DNA of 64,000 nucleotides. It comes from Candidatus Poribacteria bacterium. Its GTDB lineage: Bacteria; Poribacteria; WGA-4E; JAJDTR01. The position numbers were made by a program, and so were the translations under genes. Location: NCBI GenBank assembly GCA_965222225.1, contig CBDCTK010000002.1:2688001-2752000 (forward strand), written 5' to 3'. Below, piece by piece: positions 29,302-41,106 of this stretch (position 1 is its first letter; each line of letters begins with the position of its first letter). The notes under the pieces were generated by a model. That model was not told the DNA's origin and made no database searches. It saw only the letters and a list, made by a program, of their open reading frames with translations.

Positions 29302-30123
29302 ATGCAATATCGCACACTCGGCCGCACCGGTTTGCGGGTCTCGGAGGTCGGATATGGCGGCGGGCGTGTCGCTCCAAATCAGGATAGGCGCCCGTTAATT
29401 GATATGCTCCATTCCGCCTTTGAGGTTGGGTTGAACTATCTTGACACGGCGCCCGACTACGGAGGCGGATTCAGCGAGGACATTATTGGCGAAGCGGTCA
29501 AGGGACGGCGAGATGAGTGCATTATCGCCACGAAGACCGAAGCCTTCGACCCCAAGGGCATCATGGCGGATGTAGATGGGAGCTTGAAACGGCTGGGGGT
29601 CGATGTGATTGACGTACTGCAGTTTCACGGCGGGTGGTTCGGCGAGGAGGAGACACAGCAGGTTTTGGATGACGGTGGATTAGAAACCTACCGGCTGCTG
29701 CGAGATCAGGGGAAGGTTCGGTTTTTAGGGTTTTCGGCGGATGGGCCTTCGGGAGGCGTTGAGCGCATGATTGGCACGGGCGAGTTTGATGTGATGCAGA
29801 TTCATTACAATCTGATGTATCAGAGCACCTGCGACACCTTCGGTAATCGCGGCATTATCCCCGATGCAAAGGCGCAGGGGATGGGAGTTGTGCTGATGCG
29901 GTCGACAACAAGCGGCGCCTTCCCGAAACTGATGCGGCACTGTTTCTCCAAAGAGATGGAGGGCGTCGACCTTGACGGGTTTTTGCTGAACTTTGTGCTA
30001 TCCAACCCGTTGGTTGATACCGCCTTGATGAGTTTGCAGAGCGCCGAGGACGTGAATTGGACGAATGCCGTTTCGGACGACCTTGATGGGCGGCTTGATT
30101 TTCGGGAGATATATAAGAGATAG
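29302..30123 (+). CDS. Aldo/keto reductase
   Basis: MQYRTLGRTGLRVSEVG, DTAPDYG, SLKRLGVDVIDVLQFH. Confidence 0.9.
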   Translation: MQYRTLGRTGLRVSEVGYGGGRVAPNQDRRPLIDMLHSAFEVGLNYLDTAPDYGGGFSEDIIGEAVKGRRDECIIATKTEAFDPKGIMADVDGSLKRLGVDVIDVLQFHGGWFGEEETQQVLDDGGLETYRLLRDQGKVRFLGFSADGPSGGVERMIGTGEFDVMQIHYNLMYQSTCDTFGNRGIIPDAKAQGMGVVLMRSTTSGAFPKLMRHCFSKEMEGVDLDGFLLNFVLSNPLVDTALMSLQSAEDVNWTNAVSDDLDGRLDFREIYKR

Positions 30124-30396
30124 GGCTCACGCAAATGGTCGCGTAAGGGCAGTTTATCCCCCGTTTCGACGCTACGATCCCCGTTGGAGCGATCTCCCGG
30201 TCGCGACTGCCTATGCGCGTGCGGGGAAAGATGCCCCGCCTACGGGGCTGGTGGGAGTTCTCTGGGAGCTCTATCGCGCAAAGATCTCTATCGCATTCGC
30301 TAATCGCTCATTTGATCCTAATCAGTCGGTTGATCGCTCACTATCCGTTCGCTTGATCCCACCCTACAAATATACTACAAATGTACAAAACCGAGC

Positions 30397-33090
30397 TCAG
30401 GCGCGGCTCATCAAACCTCGGATTACGTAGTCCAAGATTCCGCCGTGCTTATAGTACTCAACCTCGATTGAGGCGTCGATTCGGACGAGCAGTTCGGTTT
30501 CCCGCCTCTCGCCGGATGCGCTAATAATCTCCATCGTAACCGTCTGTCCCGGTTGGAGGTCTTCCGTCACTCCGGTAATGTTGATAACCTCGCTCCCATC
30601 CAAGCCGAGGGATTGTACGTTTTCACCATTTTGGAACTGCAGAGGCAAGATCCCCATGCCGATTAGGTTGCTGCGGTGAATGCGCTCAAAGCTTTCCACG
30701 ATGACCGCTTTGACGCCCTGTAACTTCGGCCCCTTCGCCGCCCAATCCCGCGAGCTGCCCATGCCGTAGTCGTTCCCTGCAAAGATGACGGTTGATATAT
30801 CGTTTTGAATGTAGTGCATCGCCGCTTCGTAGATGGTCGTCTGTTTCTCTTCGGGGTATTGAATCGTGAATCCGCCTTCGACGCCCGGCAGCATGAGGTT
30901 CTTGACACGTTTGTTGGCGAAGGTTCCGCGAGCCATCACGCGATCGTTGCCGCGGCGCGCGCCGTAAGTATTGAAATCTCGCCTCTCAACACCGTGGTCG
31001 ATGAGGTACTGCCCCGCGGGGCTTTCCACAGCGATTGACCCGGCGGGCGAGATGTGGTCGGTCGTGACTGAACCGCCGAAGATTCCGAGGATGCGCGCTC
31101 CCTTGATATCGGAGATTGGGTGCGGTTCCAAGTTGAAGTTTTCAAAGAACGGCGGTTTTTGGACGTAGGTGCTGTCGTCCCGCCACGGATAGAGCGCGCC
31201 TTCCGCGCCCTCCAAGTCGTCCCATTCGGGCACACGGGCGCTTATGCCCTCGTATGTCCGCTTGAACGTGGCGGCATCGACAAATTGACCGATGAGATTA
31301 GTTATCTCCGAGTGCGAGGGCCAAATGTCCCGTAGGTAGACCGCTTCGCCATCGTCGTTATGTCCGAGCGGCTCTGTGGTGAGATCGATGTCAATACGTC
31401 CGGCGATGCCGAAGGCAACCACTAGCGGCGGTGACATCAGGAAGTTCGCTTTGACGTCGGGATGAACCCGCGCTTCAAAATTCCGATTCCCGCTGAGAAC
31501 GCTGGCGGTCACGAGGTTGCGATTGCCAATCGCCTCCTGTACCACTTCGCCGAGCGGTCCGCTGTTGCCGATGCAGGTCGTACAACCGTAACCCACCACG
31601 CCGAATCCCAGTTTTTCGAGATAACGGAGTAGCCCGGTATTCTGCAGGTATTCCGTCACAACCCGCGATCCGGGCGCGAGGCTGGTTTTGACGTGATCGG
31701 GAACTGAGAGCCCCTTTTCGACCGCGTTCTTGGCGAGCAAGCCGGCGCCAATCATGACCGACGGATTGCTTGTGTTCGTGCAACTGGTAATTGCGGCAAT
31801 TACAACGGCGCCGTGCGTAACATCGTGATGATCCGTCTGAATTTCGTCGCCCCCCAAGCCGTAACCACCCTCGGTTATCGGCTGCGCCAGCAGGTCTCGG
31901 AATACCTCCTTTACCTTTGGCAACTCAATCCTATCTTGGGGACGCTTGGGGCCCGCAATGCTCGGCTCGATTGCGTTGAGATCAATCTCCAGAACGTCGG
32001 AGTATTCGACATCTCCCCTCATCGGAACACCGAACAGTGATTGTTTTTTGAGATACGCCTCTACCAATTGCACATGGTTCTCATCTCTGCCAGTGAGTCG
32101 AAGATAGCGCATCGCCTCATCGTCGGGCGGGAAGAAACCGATGGTCGCACCGTACTCCGGACACATATTGGAGATTGTGGCGCGATCGGGCAGGGAGAGC
32201 GCCTCCACTCCCTCACCGTAGAACTCCACAAACTTGCCAACAACCTGTTTCTCCCGCAGCCGCTGCGTGACAGTCAGGACGAGATCGGTTGCGGTTACGC
32301 CCTCCTTGACGGCACCGGTCAGATGCACACCGAGCACTTCGGGAGTCAATATGTAAACGGGCTGCCCCAGCATGGCGGCTTCCGCCTCAATGCCGCCGAC
32401 CCCCCAGCCGACGACGCCGAGTCCGTTAATCATCGTCGTATGGGAATCCGTGCCGACCAAGGTATCGAAATAGGCGATGGTCTTCCCGTCGGTTTCGTCC
32501 GCCATCACGCATTTCGCCAGATATTCGAGGTTGACCTGATGCACGATGCCAACGGAAGGCGGCACAATCTTGAATTTATCGAAGGCTTGTTGCCCCCATT
32601 TCAGAAATTCATAGCGTTCTTTGTTGCGTTCAAACTCCCGTTTTGTATTGATCTGGAGCGAGTTTGCCGACCCGTATGAATCCACTTGGACGGAGTGATC
32701 AATAACGAGGTCAACGGGAACGAGCGGCTCGATCATCATCGGGTCGCCGCCGAGTTCCTGTACCGTGGTACGCATCGCCGCAATGTCAACGACAAGCGGC
32801 ACGCCGGTGAAATCTTGAGCGATGACTCGCGCCGGCTTAAACGGCAACTCGACAGTTTTCGGATTTGCGGCGTTCCAATTTGCCAAATCGGTGATGTCTT
32901 GCTCTGTCACTTGGTGGTCGTCATAATTTCTCAACAGCGATTCGACTAGAATCCTTATGCTGACCGGAAGTTTGGAGATGGGACCGATTCCGCGTTCCTC
33001 CAAGCTGGGGAGGGAGTAGTAATGAATCTGTCGCCCGCCATTTTCAAAGGATTGAAGCGAGTCAAAAAGTGTATGTGTTGATTCCGGCAT
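30397..33090 (-). CDS. acnA: Aconitate hydratase A
   Basis: [53 protein letters not shown]. Confidence 0.97.
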   Translation of the reverse strand: MPESTHTLFDSLQSFENGGRQIHYYSLPSLEERGIGPISKLPVSIRILVESLLRNYDDHQVTEQDITDLANWNAANPKTVELPFKPARVIAQDFTGVPLVVDIAAMRTTVQELGGDPMMIEPLVPVDLVIDHSVQVDSYGSANSLQINTKREFERNKERYEFLKWGQQAFDKFKIVPPSVGIVHQVNLEYLAKCVMADETDGKTIAYFDTLVGTDSHTTMINGLGVVGWGVGGIEAEAAMLGQPVYILTPEVLGVHLTGAVKEGVTATDLVLTVTQRLREKQVVGKFVEFYGEGVEALSLPDRATISNMCPEYGATIGFFPPDDEAMRYLRLTGRDENHVQLVEAYLKKQSLFGVPMRGDVEYSDVLEIDLNAIEPSIAGPKRPQDRIELPKVKEVFRDLLAQPITEGGYGLGGDEIQTDHHDVTHGAVVIAAITSCTNTSNPSVMIGAGLLAKNAVEKGLSVPDHVKTSLAPGSRVVTEYLQNTGLLRYLEKLGFGVVGYGCTTCIGNSGPLGEVVQEAIGNRNLVTASVLSGNRNFEARVHPDVKANFLMSPPLVVAFGIAGRIDIDLTTEPLGHNDDGEAVYLRDIWPSHSEITNLIGQFVDAATFKRTYEGISARVPEWDDLEGAEGALYPWRDDSTYVQKPPFFENFNLEPHPISDIKGARILGIFGGSVTTDHISPAGSIAVESPAGQYLIDHGVERRDFNTYGARRGNDRVMARGTFANKRVKNLMLPGVEGGFTIQYPEEKQTTIYEAAMHYIQNDISTVIFAGNDYGMGSSRDWAAKGPKLQGVKAVIVESFERIHRSNLIGMGILPLQFQNGENVQSLGLDGSEVINITGVTEDLQPGQTVTMEIISASGERRETELLVRIDASIEVEYYKHGGILDYVIRGLMSRA

Positions 33091-33167
33091 TCTGTAGCTC
33101 CTTAGTCTCTCGGATTCTCGAGTAATCTTCTAATTTCTTGTGCGGAGTGTGCAAGGAGGGGACCTTA

Positions 33168-33554
33168 GAGCCTGTTTGAAAATTCATTTTTGTACACATT
33201 TCGCCTCAAAACCAAGGTTTTCATCAGGGCTCTTGTAGGGTGCGATCAAAGGAATGAATAATGACTGCGATAGAGATCCCCTGCGATCAAAGGAATGAAT
33301 AATGACTGCGATAGAGATCCCCTGCGATCAAGCGAATGAATAATGAGCGATCAAACGAGTGGATAACGAGTGCGATAGAAATCCCATAGAAATCCTACCA
33401 GCCTCTAAAAGCCCCAGAGGAGATCAAGCGAACGATCAACTGAGTGGATAACGAAGGCGATAGAAGATCCCATAGTGAGTGCGATAGGAATCCCACAGAT
33501 TATAGCACTCAACAGCTTCAAAATGGCTTTGCCGCCGATTATTCAAACAGGCTC
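33168..33554. mobile_element. MITE with GAGCCTGTTTGAA TIRs and TTA target duplication, loaded with micro-elements
   Basis: tta-GAGCCTGTTTGAA...TTCAAACAGGCTC-tta; no ORF. Confidence 0.82.
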
Positions 33555-33878
33555 TTAGGGAAGGGCTGCAATCAAGTCAATTTGGGGGAAAGATTTGAGA
33601 CGTTCATCTCAAGATAGTTCTGCCTAGCAACCCATTTTCGATGTGCCTCTCTTGCTCAGTCATTATCTCATACGATAGCGTCTAGATGCAATGGAAAACC
33701 CGTGAAACCACTTTGGTGTTGCCGTTGGATTTAGTGCTTGCTATCACTTACTACCATAACACACGTGAATTTAGCTCTGCAAGAATCTGACACCGGCGTC
33801 TATCGTACTACGTTGTATCTGGTATAACGCGCCTCAAATTAGGCACACTCTCAAGAAATTGCGACACGGAGGCCCATC

Positions 33879-34676
33879 ATGGCGAGCACAGTTCTGTTAC
33901 CGGAAGATTTTTCCAACTATTTGAGCGTCGAAAACGCAGCGCTCAGATTCAAAGAGGCTGCCGAGGTTGCCGAAAAGATTACGGCAAAGGGTGTCGAATT
34001 GTACCCCAACTTGGATCACGCGGCAATCTTCACTGATCCGCCCTATCTGGTGGCGGGACCGTTGAAGCAACTCGGGTACGTTTCCGGCTGGGATGCGCGT
34101 TGTTATCCTTCGCCGGTGGACGGTTGCGACTATATCAATGTTTCCGCGCGGCTTCCGCAGGAAAGCTCCGCCCGAGACAGGGGCTGGTTCGACTATGTGG
34201 CGGTGGTGCATCCCGTGGATGAGCCGGCATTGAAACACATGCTGAGCCAAGGTTACGGGAATCCGTTTATCCATCACCTCACGTGGGGGCTTGTGCCGCC
34301 GCGACGGACGGGCGAGGACAACTTTGTGTATGCGAGCCGCGTTGTGCCGTTCATGGTTGAGACGCGCAAGCTCATCGGCGAGGTGATTGGTGATGAGCCG
34401 GGAACGCTAATCATCGCCTTGCCGGAGGAGGTAATTGACCACTCAAGGTTTGGGGAGTCGTTGTCGTTCTGGCTTGATGGCATTAGTTCGGAGGAGTATC
34501 AGGTCGAGTCGATGGATGGCGGCGGTTTTCTCATTCAGTTCTTTGTTCTGACGGGCGGGAGAATCGAGGTTGCTCTGCGCGTTGATACCAAACAGACATT
34601 CAATCCGAAGAGTGTGCATAAGATATCCAAAGACGAGATTAGTACGGTTCAAGGTGAGAGCGTGCATGAAGAATAG
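33879..34676 (+). CDS. Hypothetical protein
   Basis: 265-aa ORF with GGAGG RBS; family not recognised. Confidence 0.75.
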   Translation: MASTVLLPEDFSNYLSVENAALRFKEAAEVAEKITAKGVELYPNLDHAAIFTDPPYLVAGPLKQLGYVSGWDARCYPSPVDGCDYINVSARLPQESSARDRGWFDYVAVVHPVDEPALKHMLSQGYGNPFIHHLTWGLVPPRRTGEDNFVYASRVVPFMVETRKLIGEVIGDEPGTLIIALPEEVIDHSRFGESLSFWLDGISSEEYQVESMDGGGFLIQFFVLTGGRIEVALRVDTKQTFNPKSVHKISKDEISTVQGESVHEE

Positions 34677-35070
34677 TTGGCAAAGTGGTTAATGGAAGGG
34701 TGGAAGGGATGTAAATTGCCATGAATCGGGAAGGGAAGAGGGGAAGTCGAATCACGGATTGCGCGGATTGAGTGGAAGGGGGAAGGGTGGAAGATTGGAA
34801 GGAGGTGGACGGGATTTGATGATTGCAGGGAAGATTCCACATGGGGGATTGTTTTTGTTACGAAACCGAATAGCAATCGTTATTCATTACACGGAAGTAG
34901 AGGAACGGAACAGCGATTCGCAAGAAAAGACAGGAGATTGGGGATTTGATGATTGTCGATGGAGATTACGGGAGTTAGTCTTGTCGAGACAAGCTATGTC
35001 AATCCGGATAGCAATAAATTCCGGATGATGGAGTATCGTGTCTGTGACACGTAGCGGGAAGATGATGGAG

Positions 35071-36465
35071 ATGAAAAAGTACTGTATTGTAAGCGCGCTG
35101 CTGCTGGGGTTGAGTTTCTGTGCCAACGCCCATGAGATTCCGTCGTTTAAAGCGAATAAGGAGTCTCATACCGCTAAACCGGATTCGGATTTTCACCAAT
35201 GGGTGCTTGCAAACCAGCCGGATTTGCACTGGCACTTTGGCGACGATGAAGCGGGGGGTTGGGAGCATTGCGTCGCGGATGCGTATGATAATGTGAAGCA
35301 TGTTTACAATCTCATTGATGGCAACTGCGGGGAGTTGCCCCCGGGCAATGACAACAACGGAAATAACGGCAACAACGGAGACAATGGAGACAACGGAAAT
35401 AACGGCAACAACGGGAACAACGGAGACAACGGGAACAACGGAGACAATGGAGACAATGGAGACAATGGAGACAACGGAGACAATGGGGATAATGGCAACA
35501 ACGGCAACGGTAAGGGCAATGGCAACGGTAACGGAAACGGCGATGGAAACGGCAATGGAGGCAACGGCGGTAACGGTGGAAATGGTAGGGGCAATGGAGG
35601 CAACGGCGGTAACGGTGGAAATGGTAGGGGCAATGGAGGTAACGGCGGCTCGGGCAATGGCAACCAAGGGCGTTCAACGGGGGGCACGGGCGGCGGCGGG
35701 GGTTCAGTGCTGTGCGAGGATGGCAAAGGATATTCGATACCGGACGATGGTAACAATTGGCCAATTGAGACTGTTGTGGTCACAGAAGAAGATGAAGAAG
35801 ACGATACGGAAACCGATTCAACAGCTTCTTCCGATCCGGTAACCAAGACATCGGGAGAAAGATCAGATTCGACGCCGTATCTCACCTATACCATGGTTTT
35901 TCCGAAAGGGGTTAATTCGCTGCATCTACCCTTCAAGCCGTATAACGCTTTCTATTTCACCGATTTATTCGAACTGTTGGGGGATGAGAATGTCAACTCG
36001 ATTGCGGCATTACGTCCGACGGTACAGGTGTGGTCAATCATATCAAGCTCTACTTCACTTCATGATGAATGGATTTCCCGTTACCGCGGTTTCCTTATAG
36101 ACATGGAGGAGACGGTGGAAGTTACGTTTGTTCGCGATGCGTACAACTATGGGTACGATATGATGTACGTCAAGGATGGAATGAATTTGATTGGCGTGCC
36201 GCGGGATTCCGAAGATTTGGCGGTTGTGAGCAACTTCTTTGTGGTATTCGATTGTGTGGCATGGGTCGAGGTGATGATTGATGGTGAAACGCAAATCCTG
36301 TATCACCCGGCGTTGGAATCCATGCAATTGGAGAGCACGCTGGATGAGGACACCGAAATTTCGCCGACGCAGGGCTACATGTTGATGTCTCTGGACGATG
36401 ACGAGTACCCGGTCTGGGGGGAACCCTGGGGTGAAAGGATTGAGCCGATGGTCAGTGCCCAGTAA
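35071..36465 (+). CDS. Secreted protein with Gly/Asn/Asp-rich repeat linker
   Basis: Signal peptide MKKYCIVSALLLGLSFCANA; (DNG/NNG)n tract encoded by 9-nt repeats at ~35345-35660. Confidence 0.8.
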   Translation: MKKYCIVSALLLGLSFCANAHEIPSFKANKESHTAKPDSDFHQWVLANQPDLHWHFGDDEAGGWEHCVADAYDNVKHVYNLIDGNCGELPPGNDNNGNNGNNGDNGDNGNNGNNGNNGDNGNNGDNGDNGDNGDNGDNGDNGNNGNGKGNGNGNGNGDGNGNGGNGGNGGNGRGNGGNGGNGGNGRGNGGNGGSGNGNQGRSTGGTGGGGGSVLCEDGKGYSIPDDGNNWPIETVVVTEEDEEDDTETDSTASSDPVTKTSGERSDSTPYLTYTMVFPKGVNSLHLPFKPYNAFYFTDLFELLGDENVNSIAALRPTVQVWSIISSSTSLHDEWISRYRGFLIDMEETVEVTFVRDAYNYGYDMMYVKDGMNLIGVPRDSEDLAVVSNFFVVFDCVAWVEVMIDGETQILYHPALESMQLESTLDEDTEISPTQGYMLMSLDDDEYPVWGEPWGERIEPMVSAQ

Positions 36466-36627
36466 TCGGTGGGGAGTAGGGAAGAGTGGAAGGCGAGGGG
36501 ACGGCAAGAGAAGAGAAAGGCGAAAAAGGCACGGGCTGGGGAATCTCGACCGCAGTCACAAAAATTTGCTTGCTTAAAACAATCAAAATATGTTAGAATA
36601 AAATTGTTGTTTGATAGGTGAAGTGGA

Positions 36628-36746
36628 ACCCTTTTAATCTAATCCAGCGAGGTTAGGAAAGGGATGTCAAAAAACATCCAATTACATCCGCATCAATCTT
36701 TCATCGTATTCTGTTTGCCTCCTTTTTTTGTCGGGGAGGTTTTTTT
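36628..36746 (+). promoter_or_regulatory. PyrR-binding attenuator leader
   Basis: AATCCAGCGAGGTT at 36641 matches the PyrR loop consensus ARUCCNGNGAGGYU; terminator GCCTCC...GGAGGT-T run at 36717-36746; TTGCTT-N18-TAGAAT promoter at ~36570. Confidence 0.85.
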
Positions 36747-36773
36747 ATGCCTATTTTTCCCTCGCACGGCTAG

Positions 36774-37418
36774 ATGCGCCCGTCCTCAAGTTCTACCCAG
36801 ACTATTTTGGCACTAAACGCGCAAGCTATACTAGATTTTATCGAAGAGATTGGGGTGCTCAAGAACCTGCCGCGCACCGGTTGGCGATTTCAGGGCATCA
36901 AGGACGCGGAGAGTGTGGCGGACCACTGCTACCGCGTTTCGCTCTTGTCAATGATCCTGGCGGATTTGCTGGCAACGCATGATGTGCGCTTGGACGCCGA
37001 AAAGGTGATGCGGATGGCGCTGCTGCACGAAGTTGCAGAGGCACGGATTGGTGATATTCCGTTTCCGGCGCTTGAGTACATCCCTGAAGATGTGAAGGAG
37101 AACGGAGAGAAAGCGGCTGTCGAGTCCATGTTCGCGAGTTTCGGAATTGTCGGTGAGAAGTATATCGAAATTTGGAAAGAGTTTCAGGACAATAACTCCA
37201 TAGAGAGCCAATTGGTGAGAGCCGCCGACAAACTCGAATTGATGATTCAGGCGTATGAGTATGAGAAGATTGGATACCGCACCCTAGACAAATTCTGGAC
37301 AAACAGTTGGAACCGGCAGGGGGTTAAACAGTTCGCACATATCCAAGAAATAATGAATCTCCTAGTGGATCGAAGGAAAGAGGTCTTAGACACATGCGCG
37401 AAAAGGCAAGGGTCATGA
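36774..37418 (+). CDS. HD-domain protein, YfbR/YGK1-like 5'-deoxynucleotidase family
   Basis: LKNLPRTGW...ESVADH...ALLHEVAEARIGD...ADKLE. Confidence 0.85.
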   Translation: MRPSSSSTQTILALNAQAILDFIEEIGVLKNLPRTGWRFQGIKDAESVADHCYRVSLLSMILADLLATHDVRLDAEKVMRMALLHEVAEARIGDIPFPALEYIPEDVKENGEKAAVESMFASFGIVGEKYIEIWKEFQDNNSIESQLVRAADKLELMIQAYEYEKIGYRTLDKFWTNSWNRQGVKQFAHIQEIMNLLVDRRKEVLDTCAKRQGS

Positions 37419-37936
37419 CAGCCGAAGATGTCCGGCGGGCATTGATCCGAATTTCACACGAGATCTTGGAGCGAAACCATCGAGAGCTTGGTAATCTGGT
37501 GTCGATCGGAATTAAAAGCCGAGGCGATCACCTTGCGCTTCGGATAGCCAAGAACCTGGAGGAGATTGAGGGGATTAACGTGCCCGTTGGCGCTATTGAT
37601 GTCTACCTGTATCGGGATGACGTGAATCTCTATGATCAGGACGTTAAAGTGAACCACACGGACATCCCTTTCGATATCACCGGCAAACGAATCATTTTGG
37701 TCGATGAGGTCATTTATACGGGGCGCACGATACGCGCTGCGATGGATGCACTAATGGATTTTGGTCGCCCGGCTGCGATCCAGTTGGCGGTGTTAATTGA
37801 TCGAGGACATCGCGAGTTGCCGATTGCCGCCGATTACGTCGGCAAGAATGTCCCAACGTCGCGTAAAGAGATTGTTCGCGTGGAACTGGTAGAAGATCGG
37901 GGCAGCGATGGAGCCACCATTTTCGAGGTGGAGTGA
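37394..37936 (+). CDS. pyrR: Pyrimidine operon regulator/UPRTase PyrR
   Basis: RISHEILERN, LYRDD, TGRTIRAAMDAL, DRGHRELPI. Confidence 0.95.
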   Translation: MREKARVMTAEDVRRALIRISHEILERNHRELGNLVSIGIKSRGDHLALRIAKNLEEIEGINVPVGAIDVYLYRDDVNLYDQDVKVNHTDIPFDITGKRIILVDEVIYTGRTIRAAMDALMDFGRPAAIQLAVLIDRGHRELPIAADYVGKNVPTSRKEIVRVELVEDRGSDGATIFEVE

Positions 37937-37937
37937 G

Positions 37938-39224
37938 ATGGGACGGATTCTTATCCAGAATGGTCGTATCGTTGACCCGGTGAATCGGATTGACGCCAAA
38001 AGTGATATCCTGATTGCCGATGACAGAATTGAGCGGGTTGGTGGAAAGATTGAAGTCGCGGATAATCCAGCCGTTGACGTTATTGACGCGGAAGGGTTGA
38101 TTGTCACGCCTGGGTTGATTGACATGCACGTGCATCTGCGTGAGCCCGGGTTCGAGCATAAGGAGACGATTGCAACCGGAACCCGCGCCGCGGAAGCCGG
38201 TGGATTTACGTCCGTCGCATCAATGGCGAATACGAATCCGGCCTCGGATTCGCCGGAGGTTATCAAATTTGTCAGGACACGGGCAAGGGAATCGGGCTCG
38301 GCTAATGTTTTTCCGTTGGGGAGTATTACGAAAATGCTCGCTGGCGAGGAGCTGACTGATGTCCTCTCGCTGCTCGAAGCCGGCGCTGTCGCCGTGAGTG
38401 ATGATGGAAAAACGGTTATGAATGCCGAGCTAATGCGCCAGGCTTTGGCATTCAGCGCGGAACTTGATTTCCCGGTTATGGTTCACTGCGAGGAGCATAA
38501 TCTCAATTCCGGCAGCGTCATGAACCTTGGTGAAACCTCGCGGAAACTAAAACTGCCGGGGAGCGCGAATGCCGCCGAGGATATTATCGTTGCGCGTGAC
38601 ATTATGCTCGCCGAATTGACGGGTGGGCACATCCATATTCTCCACGTCAGCACGGCCGGGGCGGTTGAACTTGTGCGTTGGGGCAAGCGCAGAGGCGTGC
38701 GTGTGACGGCTGAAGCCATGCCGCATCACTTTACATTGACCGATTCGGAGATTGAGACACAAGGGACGAATGCCAAGATGCATCCGCCGCTGCGCACGGA
38801 GGCGGATGTCGAGGCGGTGATTGAAGGACTGTGTGACGGTACGCTTGACGCAATTGCCACGGATCACGCGCCGCACGCTCCATCTGAAAAGGCGTTGGGA
38901 ATGATGGAAGCGCCGCCGGGCATCGTTGGTTTGGAGACCTGCGTGCCGCTGGTTTTTACGCGCCTCGTCCTCACAAATCGGCTTTCCCTATCGGACGCGA
39001 TTGACAAGATGACGCGCATACCTGCGGAAGTCCTGCACATTGATCGTGGGACGCTGTCTGTCGGCGCTGTTGCGGATGTAACGCTAATTGATCCGGAGAA
39101 GGTTGCCACAGTTGATTCGACGCAGTTTCAGTCCAAAAGCCGAAATACGCCCTTCGACGGTTGGGAGTTTAAGGGCTGGCCTGTCATGGTGCTCCGCGGC
39201 GGTGTCCCAAGTGAGAAAAGATGA
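37938..39224 (+). CDS. pyrC: Dihydroorotase
   Basis: DMHVHLREPG, ATDHAPH, SKSRNTPF. Confidence 0.95.
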   Translation: MGRILIQNGRIVDPVNRIDAKSDILIADDRIERVGGKIEVADNPAVDVIDAEGLIVTPGLIDMHVHLREPGFEHKETIATGTRAAEAGGFTSVASMANTNPASDSPEVIKFVRTRARESGSANVFPLGSITKMLAGEELTDVLSLLEAGAVAVSDDGKTVMNAELMRQALAFSAELDFPVMVHCEEHNLNSGSVMNLGETSRKLKLPGSANAAEDIIVARDIMLAELTGGHIHILHVSTAGAVELVRWGKRRGVRVTAEAMPHHFTLTDSEIETQGTNAKMHPPLRTEADVEAVIEGLCDGTLDAIATDHAPHAPSEKALGMMEAPPGIVGLETCVPLVFTRLVLTNRLSLSDAIDKMTRIPAEVLHIDRGTLSVGAVADVTLIDPEKVATVDSTQFQSKSRNTPFDGWEFKGWPVMVLRGGVPSEKR

Positions 39225-39756
39225 GCGATTCAAGAATCTTCCCGTGCTCGAAACGAAGCGACTGTTTTTGAGATCGTCAGAACTAAGTGATGCCGAGGAT
39301 ACGTTTGAATTTATTTCTGATCCCGAAGTGACGAAGTATACCTTCTGGCGTGTTCACCACTCTATCGCGGATAGCGAGGAATTGCTCGCATGGCTATCGT
39401 GCGAGAATTTTGCGAGTTGGTCGATCGTGCACAAAGCGGATAAGAAAGTGATTGGGATGTGTTTTTTGCACAGTTTCAATTTCCATCACCGGCGAGCGGA
39501 AATGGCTTTCAACCTGTCAAGGCAGTATTGGGGGCAGGGCTATGCAACGGAGGCGGTATGTGAGATGATTCGTTTCGCATTTGAGCGGTGGGGCTTGAAT
39601 CGGATCGAGGGCACTTGTATGCTTAACAATATTGCCTCGGCGCGTGTGATGGAGAAGCTCGGAATGAAGTTCGAGGGGATTCTGCGGCAACACTCGTTCG
39701 CCAAGAATCGGTTTCACGATTTGAAGTTGTATTCGATTTTGAGGAGTGAGGTGTGA
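39211..39756 (+). CDS. GNAT acetyltransferase (RimJ/RimL-like)
   Basis: LETKRLFLR, YWGQGYATEA, NIASARVMEKLGM; start uncertain. Confidence 0.85.
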   Translation: MRKDERFKNLPVLETKRLFLRSSELSDAEDTFEFISDPEVTKYTFWRVHHSIADSEELLAWLSCENFASWSIVHKADKKVIGMCFLHSFNFHHRRAEMAFNLSRQYWGQGYATEAVCEMIRFAFERWGLNRIEGTCMLNNIASARVMEKLGMKFEGILRQHSFAKNRFHDLKLYSILRSEV

Positions 39757-39920
39757 CAGGTTCGACAACGTGGGCGGTGTAGGATGCGTGATGGAATCAC
39801 TACGGATTCTATCGCACTCGCTCTTCGTTCGTTTGATCGTTTTATATCTTTGTAGGAAGCATGACCGTCAGACAGAAATTGACACGGTAGCGGCAACCTG
39901 GCGCGGAAAATCTCAACACT

Positions 39921-41033
39921 ATGAAAGCAATCTTGGCATTAGCAGACGGTACAATTTTTGAGGGTGAGCATTTCGGGGTGACCGGCGAGACATCGGGTGA
40001 GGTCGTGTTTAACACAAGTATGACGGGTTACCAAGAGGTACTCACAGATCCGTCTTACAAGGGTCAAATTGTGACGATGACCTATCCGTTGATTGGGAAC
40101 TATGGATGCAACGAGGTGGATGTCGAGTCTGCCAGGCCTCAGGTTGAGGGGTTCGTCGTGCGGGAGTATAGCTCTCGTTATAGCAACTGGCGGTCGAGTG
40201 GGAGCCTTGATGATTACTTCAAAGAATACGGCATCATTGGGATTCAGGAGATTGACACCCGCGCGTTAACCAGACGATTGCGCGTTCACGGCGTCATGAA
40301 CGGGGTGCTCTCGACGGAAGACTTGGTTCCCGAAAGTCTGGTGGCGAAAGCGCGAGCGTGGCCCGGTTTGATTGGAGCGGATCTCGCCGGACGGGTGACC
40401 TGCTCGGATTCCTACTCGTGGAGCGATCCCGGCACAGCGTTAGGTGAACAGCCCGAGGTTATACCCGAACCACGGTTTCGCGTCATTGCCATGGATTTCG
40501 GGATTAAATACAATATATTGCGCCAACTGACGCGGCACGGGTGCCAAGTTCAGGTGGTTTCGGCGCACACGTCCGCAGACGAGATTCTTGCCGCTGATCC
40601 CGACGGGATTTGCTTGTCAAATGGTCCGGGCGATCCCGAGCCGGTTGATTATGCGGTTGAGACGATTAGACAGCTCATCGGCAAAAAGCCGATGTTCGGC
40701 ATTTGTCTGGGGCACCAGTTGTTAGGGCTTGCCTTTGGCGGCACATCCTTCAAGCTCAAGTTCGGGCATCGGGGTGCGAACCAACCCGTGAAGCGGCTTG
40801 AAACGGGTCAGGTAGAGATTACGTCGCAAAATCACGGATTCTGTGTGGACATTGAGTCGCTGCCAAAGCCTGTGGAAATTACGCACATCAATCTAAATGA
40901 TCAAACACTTGAGGGAATGCGGCACACTGAGCACCCGATTTTCTCGGTACAGTATCATCCGGAGGCATCTCCCGGTCCGCATGATGCAAGCTATCTTTTT
41001 GAAAAGTTTACAGATCTGATGAAAGGAGAGTAG
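39921..41033 (+). CDS. carA: Carbamoyl-phosphate synthase small subunit
   Basis: [40 protein letters not shown]. Confidence 0.97.
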   Translation: MKAILALADGTIFEGEHFGVTGETSGEVVFNTSMTGYQEVLTDPSYKGQIVTMTYPLIGNYGCNEVDVESARPQVEGFVVREYSSRYSNWRSSGSLDDYFKEYGIIGIQEIDTRALTRRLRVHGVMNGVLSTEDLVPESLVAKARAWPGLIGADLAGRVTCSDSYSWSDPGTALGEQPEVIPEPRFRVIAMDFGIKYNILRQLTRHGCQVQVVSAHTSADEILAADPDGICLSNGPGDPEPVDYAVETIRQLIGKKPMFGICLGHQLLGLAFGGTSFKLKFGHRGANQPVKRLETGQVEITSQNHGFCVDIESLPKPVEITHINLNDQTLEGMRHTEHPIFSVQYHPEASPGPHDASYLFEKFTDLMKGE

Positions 41034-41106
41034 GGGCTAGGATGTATACGCCAGAAATCGGGCTTTCGACGGTGTGTGAACGCCTAGTTTTTATCCCTGA
41101 TTGATT

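Noticed and set aside
33244-33495. Tandem micro-elements as a second CRISPR array
   Set aside because: The conserved parts are only 6-7 nt, the variable part is a self-complementary 17-mer rather than a spacer, and copies are nested and dispersed.
34999-35885. Val/Ser-, Pro/Leu- and Cys-rich ORFs
   Set aside because: Alternative frames of the Gly/Asn repeat tract.
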